Part shown: one piece after another, positions 51,978 to 64,000 of the stretch
Position numbering within the stretch: the stretch's first letter is position 1
How the letters are laid out: every line of letters begins with the position of its first letter
Source of the DNA: Seison nebaliae
Taxonomy: Eukaryota
Assembly: GCA_023231475.1 (NCBI GenBank)
Contig: JALJEE010001081.1
Coordinates: 1 to 64,000, forward strand
Reading direction: 5' to 3'
Length of the DNA: 64,000 nt
Position numbers and translations under genes: made by a program
Notes under the pieces: generated by a model
Told to the model about the DNA's origin: nothing
Database searches by the model: none
Seen by the model: the letters and a program-made list of their open reading frames with translations, nothing else

Positions 51978-52478
51978 ATCACCAAATCCCAAAACTCTCT
52001 CTGTCGAATGAAAATGTTAAATGTACTTGTTTACAATTCCAGATGATGTAAACTGGAAAATAAATTATTATAATAAATTTTAAAATTTTGCATTATAAAT
52101 TTCAATACGAGAAAAACTAAGATTATCGTTTGATTTGAAATAATTTTTAATTTACATTTTAAGCTTATTTTAAATTTAGTTTAATTGAAAATTTATTTGT
52201 CAAAATATTTTTTTAAAATTTTTCCAATCAATCAAATCTTCACAATTCTAACTTTTATAAGCTTATTTTTTGAATTTCTATTTTTTTTTTCATTGAGAAA
52301 AAATACAGTTTTTCCAATGATGGAGGAGAACAGAGAATAGATCGACGCAAAGATCGAACATATCGATAAGAGAGACACAATCTACCTTTATTTGCAGCAA
52401 TCTCATTCCGTCTCTATATTTTTATGTTCGTTTCGTGGAGTTGATAATTCACTTGGTTCACTAATCTCAACGAAGGCG

Positions 52479-53725
52479 ATGAGTTTCGATTACAACTGCT
52501 TATTAGCAAATGAAAATTTATTGTTTCCTAATTTCATGAATCTCACAGCAAATCGGAATGGTCAACTCCAGCAATTCTTACCGCCCTCTTCCACTAATGG
52601 AAACACTTCTCTCATCGATGGTAGTGGAATGATTGCGAACAATAATTTGGATAATTCCTCAACGAATCAATCATCAAATTTCAATTTAAATGAGGAAATG
52701 TCAGGTGATAATTCGGAGAAGAAATTGAGTGGTCCATTAGAGAAGATGTTGAAAGAATTGAAAACGGCTTCGGAACAAGCGAATACTTTAGATGGAGCTC
52801 AGAAATTTAAGGAGAATGTTGCAGATCATCGATTGACATCATCTCTCTTCCATATGTTGTGTGAGATAAAAGATAAAACGAAAATCGGTGTTCTCTCCAC
52901 CGAACCACAATCAATTTCAACTGATCCGCAAATGATCCGCTTGGATAATATGCTCATTGCTGAAGGCGTGTCAGATATGCACGGTTCCGCCTCCAACGAC
53001 CACATGAATACCACAGGAATAATTACAGAGAATTCATCATTTAACGATCATGTAGAATATCATGAAAAGTTGATGAACATCAAAAAATTTTATCGAAATG
53101 AAACAGAAAAATATGAAAAGGTGAAAATTTTTTTAAAAGTTCTTTAAAAAACTTATTGAATTTTTTTTAGGCTTGTGATGATTTCACTCGACATGTCGTC
53201 AATCTATTACATGAACATGCACATACTCGTCCGATATCGTCGAGAGAGATGAATCGGATGGTTGGATTTATTCGAAGTAAATTCGCTTCATCAGTTCAAA
53301 TGCATCTAAAACAATCGGCTTGCGAAGCTGTCATGTTATTACGTTCTCGTTTATTAGACGCTAGGTTTCTTTTTTATTCTTTTTCCAGTTTCTCTTAATC
53401 GAATTTCCATAGACGAAAAAGGAGAAATTTCGATAAACAAGCGACGGAAATTTTAAACGAATATTTCTATTCTCATTTAAGTAATCCATATCCGTCGGAA
53501 GAGACGAAAGAAGATCTAGCTCAAAAATGTGGAATTAGCGTCTCTCAAGTTAAAATTTATTAATTTCTTTAAATTCTTCAATTGAAACAGATCTCAAATT
53601 GGTTCGGCAATAAACGAATTCGATATAAGAAAAATATAGGGAAAGCTAGAGAAGAAGCGAACATCTATGCAGTGAAGTTAGCAGCCAAACAACAAAAGGA
53701 ACAGAATGAAGAAGAACAAAACTGA
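52479..53725 (+). CDS. PBX: PBX/extradenticle TALE homeodomain transcription factor; introns 53121-53170, 53365-53412, 53549-53590
   Basis: PBC domain [12 protein letters not shown]...[16 protein letters not shown]...[19 protein letters not shown]. Homeodomain [61 protein letters not shown]. Confidence 0.95.
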
Positions 53726-54049
53726 TTAATTTTTAGCTTTCCCATTTGCAATCCAATTTCTTGTTCATATCGTTTTCATCCGTCAAATATCCTTTTTTAT
53801 CTTTTTTAATCTCATCAATCTTTTTTCACTATTCATTTCCATTCATGGGCAGCAGGCTTGTACAATCTCCTATCAATTTGTTCGAAGTACAATCAATAAA
53901 TTATTTGTATATTAATTATAATTATTAAGGTGTTCTTAATAAATTTATTTTTTATATACACAACAAAAAATCCGATTAAATAACAGAGAAAATGGAACGA
54001 GAGAATGACTTAGGTATGACTATGAGTAAGTCGGGAGGAATTCAGAATT

Positions 54050-55421
<1,372 letters not shown>

Positions 55422-58400
55422 TGTGGAAAATGACTAAACTACTGGTCGAATTGAAATTACATTCGATCCATTGCCCAGCGAAAATACAAGTGAGAAATTC
55501 TATTGGAGAGAACGAAAGAAAATAGGAAGATGTTTTATGGTCAATTTCTCGAATGGACGAAATTAGACGAGGATGCATCAAAAGAAGTTTCGGGTGCGCA
55601 ACTTTTTCCTCCATCGAATAATGATTGAATGGTACCGTTAATTTATTGATGGTGAGGAGGGAGAAGAGTAATAATGAGTGAAAACAATAAAAACATCTTG
55701 TTGCTAAGAATTACCTCTGTTTTGGGAGAGTGTCGATCGATTTTATTAGAGACCAAACTTTCACACAGCTACTCATTGACACATATGTTAAGAATGACTT
55801 ACATCACTATGTATGACATGAGACACTAAAAAAATGAATTGACATATGAGCAAATTGATATTCGATCATACGTATGTAATGTCGATAATCAGGAGGAGAA
55901 TGAAGACGTATCAGTAAGCATGGATATTATTGGATGAACGGAAAAGTTGTCCATAAGATTCATTGACAACACTCGACATGAATTTGTTAGCATGTTCAAT
56001 TCGTGTTTGACACTCTTCTCATGTTCGTGAGGAACAATATAATTTTGAATTATTATTCGTCGAGTTGGACCAGAATATGAAGGAGAGAAATGATGGATGA
56101 GTTATGTGTTCCGAATAGTGTCGATATCGGGTTAATGAATGAATATGAGGAGAAGAACTTCCGAATAGCAATTTGTCAAGAAAATGAAGGAGAAATTAAC
56201 GATTAAGAAAAGAATTCATTGAGAATCTGAGATGGGGGATGAGGAAGAAATTTGAAAGAGGATGTTGGTGCCAGTTAGATTGATGATGGGGAGGAGGAGT
56301 AGGAGGAAGATTGTTGATTGTAAATAATAAATTTCCTCGTAACTGATCATTATTATCGTTATTGTCAGTTACATTGTCGCTATCACACATCAACGTTGAC
56401 ATGAATATTGCCAGAGATATGTTATTGGATTAGGTGGAGTGGAGAGATGAAGGGAGCAGATGAGTGATAGAAGAAGATGGAAGAAGGAATGGGGACAATG
56501 GACGAATGTCTTCATCTCATTAAATATTAAAATAGAAAATTGAATCGAAAAGAAAAGAAAATTGTATTGGCGCTAGATAGATGGATGGATGGATGGATGG
56601 ATGGAAGACGATGAATTCGAGTTTCGTCTATTTCTTATCTGTTTATGCACATATTTCTCCACACTTCAACATAAGGCATTATCCAATATGTACGTATGTG
56701 TGTGAAGAAACTCACGCATAGAAATATTCATCCGCTTCACTTTCTGTATACATATCAGGAATGTATCATATCTATTCCGGTTCGAGTAGAGAAGGTTAAG
56801 TAATGTCTCGTTCGCTTATGGAGGAGAATGTTATTATCAATTCTCTTCAATTCGATTCACTGTCAACAACCACCCATTCTTTTTTCATGCGATCGGCTCT
56901 CTCCTGAAGTTCGATGCGAATGTAGTTCGTTTCCTAATTTTTTCATTTAGATAAAAAGAAACTGATGTTCTACATATCTCCACAACTACTATATCTCCCA
57001 CATTTTCTTCCTATTAACCATATAACTTCTCATCCGCCATATCGTGAGAGGAACAAGTTCGTTGATTATCGTGAAAAGATAATCATCTCAATAAATTTGG
57101 ATAATTTTCAAGCAAATTAATGATGCACATATCAGATCCAAAATCAAATTCCTCATTCTCATATTCGAATTCCTCATTTCATCATCAGTTCAGGGATTAC
57201 TTACCAAGTTAAGCACGAAACGCAATTCAGTACCGGAACGACCAAAAATGGACAGGAGATATTCAATGAAAGAATATTATAAGATAAGACACCTGATTAT
57301 ACTTTTTTCTATAGATTAACTGAAGTTGATGAAGTGCGAGATGATTTGGGGAATGCTAAAGAGAATTGATGGAATTGGAAGGTATAATTAGTTCGATCAT
57401 GTTAATAATTAGATTTGATGAGAATTGCATTGACAATAAAGTAGAGAATAGATTGTGTGGATGGATAGAGCATGACCGAATGAAGAATAAATATGAGATT
57501 GGTCAGAGTACATATATCAAACAATTGAAATTGCTTTCTATTCCTCATGAAAACGAATTATTTAAGAATGCATAATGATCATCATCATTCTGATAATCTC
57601 TTCCATATTGTTCTTCCATTGTTCGCCATCATCCTTCACTTCTCTTACATAATGGGGATCGGTTGTTTCATTCGTATTCTAATGATGGTCCACTGATTCG
57701 GTCCAAATGGACTACGAATGAATCATTCAGAAATGATTTTGTGCAGTTCACTTTCCCAATTGATTTGGGACGTTTTACACAATTCTTTGACTTATCAATC
57801 AAAATGAGGAAAGTGTTGGATTGAGTAATTCGCTTTTCCAGCGACACAAACATTTCCATTAGAAATGCTTGATAATGAATTCTCTAGAGACAATGAGAGA
57901 AATTTTACACAACATTAATTCAATAACACACACACACACACACACGCATACACACCAATATGTCCACGACTGCCCATATCATATTCGATGAATTGCTGCA
58001 AAATATTCTGTTCTGTTTTATTCTGCACATTGAGAGAATTGTTCCTATCGAAATCGTCGATGGAGATGAATTGGAAGATAAATATTCCGGAAATCCATTA
58101 CAGAATTCATGTAGTTCGAAGGAGAAAAAGGTTCGAAAGAAGCGATGGGAAGAGTGTGTTGTGTGTGTGTTCACCGAAGAAGAAAACTGAATTGAGGATA
58201 AGAAAAATCATAGACCATGAGACGACCACCAACATCTTTCGATATAAGTAGCAATTCTGAGAACATCGAGTAGAGAAGGAAAGCAGGAATATTATTTATT
58301 CTCTACTCTCAATATTTGAACTTTTAGTATAATTATTATTATCCCTCCTAATTATTACTGTCGTCCCTAGTGCTTTCTTACATGTGCAATATGGGAATAT

Positions 58401-58813
58401 TCCTACAATTTTCGCTTCATGAATTCCATAATGTCTAGGTCTATGACAAATCTCATTTACTTTTCAAATCATTTGATGGAAACTGTTCAAAAAATTTGAA
58501 TTTACTAAATAAAGTGAGTGAAGAAGTTGAATAAATATGGGAGAATTTCTAGAAATTCAAGTCCAACAAATTAGAAATGACTTAATAAAATTCGATTTTT
58601 CCTATTAAATTCGAGCCAGACACACCACTCCATATCCACGACATTCATTGATTGGATTCACAGAATAACATTTATTATTTATTGTCAACATTTTTATTTT
58701 TTTCACAAATAACGAGTGGTGGGTGTTTTGGAGGCGAATGGAAATCATTAATGAAATAAAGAGACGGAAAAATTCTGGTTGATTGAAAGCGAGAAGAGAG
58801 CTCTAATAATTCT

Positions 58814-58837
58814 TGTTTACATCGTTGCTATGGAAAC
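58814..58837. promoter_or_regulatory. RFX X-box (GTTGCT AT GGAAAC, 58824-58837) with an adjacent forkhead motif TGTTTAC (58814-58820)
   Basis: Near-perfect X-box consensus in the intergenic region between the divergent PRKX and Cys-loop channel genes. Confidence 0.6.
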
Positions 58838-59904
58838 GAGAGTTTTGCATCGAAGCGGAAGTAACTGAAAACGACGGATATCGAATTAAATGAGAAAGTA
58901 CGATTAGACAGCAATGTCCAAATTTGTAAGATATTGATTTTGTTGTCGTTCTCATAATTCGCTGTTAAGTTGATCGTTCGTCGTCCTCTAATTCATAAAT
59001 AGTATTTCGCTACAACTCATTAGCATGAGAGTATGCAACCGTACTATAATTCCCTTGTCATTAATTGTCTCTTCATTTTGGTGGAGGGGAATTAGTTAAT
59101 TAATTTGGACGTTCGTGTGAGAAATCGGAAAAACGACCACCAATCAATTACTCTTATTTTCTTCCTGAGACAATTATAATTTGAAATAATTAATTAAATA
59201 AATAAACAAATTCAAACTGGTGTGACCCATATGAAATTTGATGAAACATCATAACTACTTTCTCCCCTTAGAATTGATTCCATATTCTCATTTTCCACTC
59301 GTACCTTGATGGATGAACTGAATTTATTGTCTGGAATTGATGGGAGTGCATGGATGGATCGATTGATGTATGAATCCATTTTGCCAATTCACCGTACCAA
59401 GTTATGTGCTATCAATTTCGATTGCATCATATTGAAATGATTGGTTAAGGTGAAATGAAGATGTCAGACGAACTACCATGATAATTCATCAGAAGAGAAG
59501 TTTTTGTTCGGAAGAGAAAGAAGCAATTCTCTTCCAGCAAAAAGTGGAAGAAAACAAATTTGTTTTATATTTGATTTACAATCTGTTTAGCAGTAGTCGA
59601 ATGAATTTTGCACAAGTACTTCGATCCACTCTTCCCATCGATTGCCGTCAATAATAAGGAGAAGTGATTAATAATAAAATTACGCATATCTTTCATGTTC
59701 TCCTTATTTACTCATATTTAGCTAATCGAATAATTCATTTGTGTTATTATTTGGAATGAGAAAAAATTAATCGATTATTCGATGGAATGGAAACAGTTCC
59801 TTCTGGAAATCTCTCCATCAATTTCTTCATACTTCTTCTTCATATTCTTCTCCTTCTTCTTCTTCTTCTTCTTCACTTCCCACACCTCATCAATTCCGAT
59901 TCGA

Positions 59905-62417
59905 ATGTGGTTTCTCATTCAATTACTTCTCCCACATGTTGTCCTATCTCACACGTCGATTAATTTTGAAGAGTCGATCAATCTGACTAAATATCGTCCG
60001 TCCGATCACCGCACAAAAACACATCATCAGAAGACGAATAACATTTTCCCAGAACCATCACAACGGTTCTTCAGTTTGCATCTTGGACCTTTACAGAAGT
60101 CGAACCTCTGTTATGGGATGGAGGACTGCCTCAAACTTTATTCGGATGATAATATTTCCATGAAGAAATCGGCAATGAATGCTACAGTCATTAGCACAAT
60201 TTTGAACGATATCCTTGACAATTATGATAAACGGTTACGGCCTAACCATAATGGTGATGCAGTAGTAGTAACCATTAGTTTCCATATCATCAGTCTTGGT
60301 ATATCAGAAATGGATATGGTTATTCAAATTTCTTCTTCTCCAAAACAACTCTACTTTGTAGTCCTATGATCTGGATTGCTATTTCCGTCAAAGTTGGAAG
60401 GACACCCGACTAAGACATGATGGACCGAACGAATCTTTAGCTATCAATTCGAAAATTCTTAATAATCTTTGGCTGCCTGATACGTATTTTCGGAATGGTC
60501 TCAATTCATATCTTCATACCATTCCCACCGTTAACAAACTTATTCGACTGGACAAGAATGGCCATTTGTTGTTGTCTTCAAGGTTCGCTAAACTACGTTC
60601 TAACATTCTTCTTCTTCTCAACAATTATATTATTCTCCTCATTTTTATCTCAGAATTACCATTCGTGCCAATTGTCCCATGCGTCTAGTCACATATCCCG
60701 TCGATATTCAACGATGTCCTTTGACTATTGGAAGTTGTTCGTCATTTCACAATAGAAAAAAATTCAAATTTCACAATCAATTTACATAATTTCCTTTTCC
60801 AGATGGTTATGCTGCAGAAGACGTTCAATATGTTTGGTCGGATAAAACGCCGATAAATATCGAGAAAGGTGTTCAGTTATCACAATTCGATTTAAAGAAT
60901 ATGACAGCGAAAGAAGAAAATTGGACTTTAAATGAACGTTAAAAATAAATTTCTCTAATTTCTTTCATTCATCAATTCCTTCAGATATGTATTCCGGTAT
61001 CATGTTCGAGTTTGCCTTACAACGCCGTACCGGATATTTCATTCTCCAAATATATATGCCTTGTGCTCTCATCGTCTCCTTATCATGGGTGTCATTCTTT
61101 ATTAATCGAGAAGCCACTGCTGATAGAATTCAAATCGGTTAGTTATTTAGTATCAAAATTTATTGTTATTATTAAAAAATTATTCAAGAAAAATATGTCA
61201 AGTAAAATAATTCAATTTTTTAATTAATTACATTATATCATAAAATTGTTTTAATTGTTTTAATTGAATAATTGAATTTTTTAGGAGCTACTTGTGTGCT
61301 TAGTTTAGCAACGATTACGATGGATGCTCGTAATGATATTCCGAAAGTTTCCTATTTGACTGCTCTAGATTGGTTCTTTATTCAATGTAACTGCTATGTT
61401 TGTCTTTCATTATTACAATTCGCTTGTGTCCATTTCTTCACAAAAGTCGGTTACGGTGACACATTCGAACCGGGACCAAACGACGTTATAGAAATGGAGC
61501 GATATCCAGATGTGAGAAATCCTGAACATCGATTTGATGAACATGGAAGGTATAAGAATATTTTAGACAAACATCCACTCTGTCCCAAATACGACCTCAA
61601 ACGACGACAAATGCAACAAACGTTCGATAACAGTATGAAATTTATTAAATTAAATTATCAATTGAGAAAACGCGAGAATATGAAAATGTTGTCATCTTCG
61701 AGACCGTCTTCTCGAGGGAGAAAGCAAAAGAAAATAAATTATGCTGATAGTCTCCTGATAATTAGAAGTGACCGGAATAAAACTAAGAAACGTTACAATT
61801 CCAGAGATCCATCTGGAAATGACGATGCCGCTTTATTCAAATATGACCAAATCGTCTTACCAAAAGAAAGAAAACAATCTAAATCGAAATCTGTTTCCAA
61901 TATTCATCGTGCCATGGACCATCAGATAACAAAACAATATCATTCTCGAGCATCCTCTTCCACTTCTTCTTGTTCATACATCTCTTCTAGTACGACGGAA
62001 TATCATCGGAGTAGTTTCGGAACGAGATCCAGGGAATTGAGAGATCGATATGAACATCTACTACTTCAGAAAACAATACCATCTTTCGTTCAAGATATCG
62101 TTCAAAATGCTGATATTAACGATTTGGAACCATACCTCACATCACATCATAAACATACGCAACAACTACAAACACGAGTATTTGAGTTTTCCCGACGAGA
62201 ATTGACCACAATTGATCGTTTACATTATATTTTGAAAGAATTGACCAGATGTCTATTAGGCGACATGAGCTATAAGAGTGTCATAGCACAACGTGCTGAT
62301 CCCAGTGGTATAAACGCGTTAAGTTCGTTGGATTCGTTTAGTCAATGGTTCTTTCCCACTTCCTTCATTATACTCCAAATCTTCTTCTGGTATCTGTTGG
62401 ATAGTGACCATCATTAA
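59905..62417 (+). CDS. Grd: Cys-loop ligand-gated ion channel, GABA-A alpha/Grd-like subunit; introns 60319-60361, 60583-60653, 60737-60802, 60938-60984, 61138-61284
   Basis: Signal peptide. YDKRLRP, YFRQSWKDTRL, LWLPDTYFRNG, Cys loop CPMRLVTYPVDIQRC, TM1 GYFILQIYMPCALIVSLSWVSFFINREATADR, PKVSYLTALDWF, M4 LDSFSQWFFP. NREATADR is the Grd-type M1-M2 linker. Confidence 0.88.
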
Positions 62418-62715
62418 TAACTTTAAATATTTTCTTTCATAAACTTAAATTTTTAATTCTCATTTCTTATTCTTCCACAATATTCAAATACAATAAAGTC
62501 GTTCTAACGTATTGGTTTTCGGCAAATTGATGAAAAACGAAAAGTTTGCTAAGTCGTCAATATTCTAGGAAGCTTAGAATTTTGAAATAAAAAAAGTTGT
62601 TTAAGTGATTTCTTTCAGAGTTTACAAAAAATTATTTTTTTAAAAAATTTTTTAAATTCTTCCTAAACTTCCAAATTGCTGACGTTGTATAGCACATGAG
62701 TATCTCTCGGCACTG

Positions 62716-64000
62716 ATGATGGATTCTCAATTATTCGAGTGTTCGCCACTCGTACATTACGAATGTCAAGAAGAAAAGAAAATAGTTAAATTTATTTTCG
62801 AGTATAAATAAATAAATTAATTTTCATGATAGTTGAAGAATGAAAATAATTCCATATTACGATTCGTCGATAATTTCGTGAAGTTGAAATACATTTAAAA
62901 ATTTTTATAATATTTTTTTCAGTTCGAAGAATTTCATTGAAGATTTGATTAGTTATCGAAAGAAAACTTTTTTCAAATTGATCGGAATTAATGAATTGAA
63001 GTTTTCGATTTCTATTTCCCATTATCATCAATACAATTTGTAGCGATATCGTTTATGTGAATGGAGAAGGATTACATATCGTGAGGAATTGTGGTGATAG
63101 GAAAGTAGTGAGTTTATGGGGAGAGAGTTTATTATCATTCGATCAGATCGTTTTAGAATTATTCACATTAAATTGGACGAACGATAATCAGTTTATTGTC
63201 CTCACTGATAATTTCGGAGATGTTCATCTTTTCGATCGATCGTCGAAATATCTCAATAAATTCTCTCATTCGATGAATGAAGGAGAACAAATGAATTTGA
63301 TGAATTCAGTCGCCTCTCTTCATTCACTCGCTCCTCAAACCAATGAGAAATGTCATTTATTTTATTTGACATATTCCGGTCTACTAATCGAAACATCTTT
63401 AAAGTTTTTTTTTAAATTTTGAAAAAAATTTTTTTTTTTAAAATTTCTTAGAAATAATAATGAATGGAATATACATCGATTATTTTGTTTACCAACCGAT
63501 TATGTGATGTTCGGAACGAATCGATTAGATTTGATTTTTCACAAATCACTTCAATTATCGACGTCCATTCAATATGTGATGGTTTATCTACCTTCCACAT
63601 TCGACGATTATCAGAAAGATCCACATCATCGTCCAATTTATTCGACGAACAATTTATTCATGTTATTGGAAACGACAGATGAATCATTTCAATTGATTCA
63701 TTCCCCAAAGAATAAGTTGGAACGATCCTGGTCATGGTTTAGTAATAAGACATCTTATCAATATGTTGTCGATTCAAAATTGAAAGAGAAGTCGAGTGTA
63801 TTCGTAACGAATAAAGGAATTATCGCCATTTATGATTATGAGAAGAATGAAGAATTATTTAATTTGAATTTAAATCGAGTGAAATTATCGGAAAATTTAT
63901 CAATTTCGACTGATGTACAAACGAAAAATCTTCTCGCTCAATTATATGGTAATTCGAATTTTATTTATTCAAATCATCCAATTTCTATCAATTGGTGGAG
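62716..64000 (+). CDS. NBAS: NBAS (neuroblastoma-amplified sequence) N-terminal beta-propeller, partial; 4 introns within 62785-63451, runs off the window
   Basis: Four GTT...AG introns give a continuous frame. LNWTNDNQFIVLTDNFGDVHLFD (human AWSYDCTLLAYAESTGTVRVFD), HLFYLTYSGLL (ELLVINYRGEL) and the terminal HPISINWW (YPLIDVNWW) match. Confidence 0.6.

Noticed and set aside
57195..57260. TTACTTACCAAG resembles the U1 snRNA 5' end or a rotifer spliced-leader 3' end
   Set aside because: No U1 stem-loop motifs follow and there is no Sm site on this strand. It is more simply a minus-strand GTAAGT donor.

Overview
This is AT-rich, compact eukaryotic (invertebrate animal) genomic DNA with very short introns (39-147 nt, mostly about 45-75) and no visible CpG depletion. 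A spiralian/rotifer-like genome is plausible, but the taxon cannot be fixed from the sequence. I reconstructed about 15 host genes by hand: a THAP-fused MBD2/3, a 1267-aa peptide-type GPCR, BLTP2/KIAA0100 (Hobbit), Rab8, stonin/stoned-B, a C2H2 zinc-finger gene, IQGAP, PBX/exd, PRKX/Pka-C3, a Grd-like Cys-loop channel subunit, the 5' part of NBAS and four orphan genes. There are also decayed hAT and MULE DNA-transposon remnants. Two observations stand out. (1) The 5' splice-site signal is strongly shifted: 33 of 35 inferred introns start GTT rather than GTA/GTG and mostly lack +5G, even at apparently ancestral intron positions, which suggests an altered spliceosome (U1/U6). (2) The NuRD subunit MBD2/3 has lost its methyl-CpG-reading residues and gained an N-terminal THAP DNA-binding zinc finger, which suggests methylation-independent, sequence-directed NuRD targeting. 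All gene models come from manual reading and recalled family motifs; no database searches were run.
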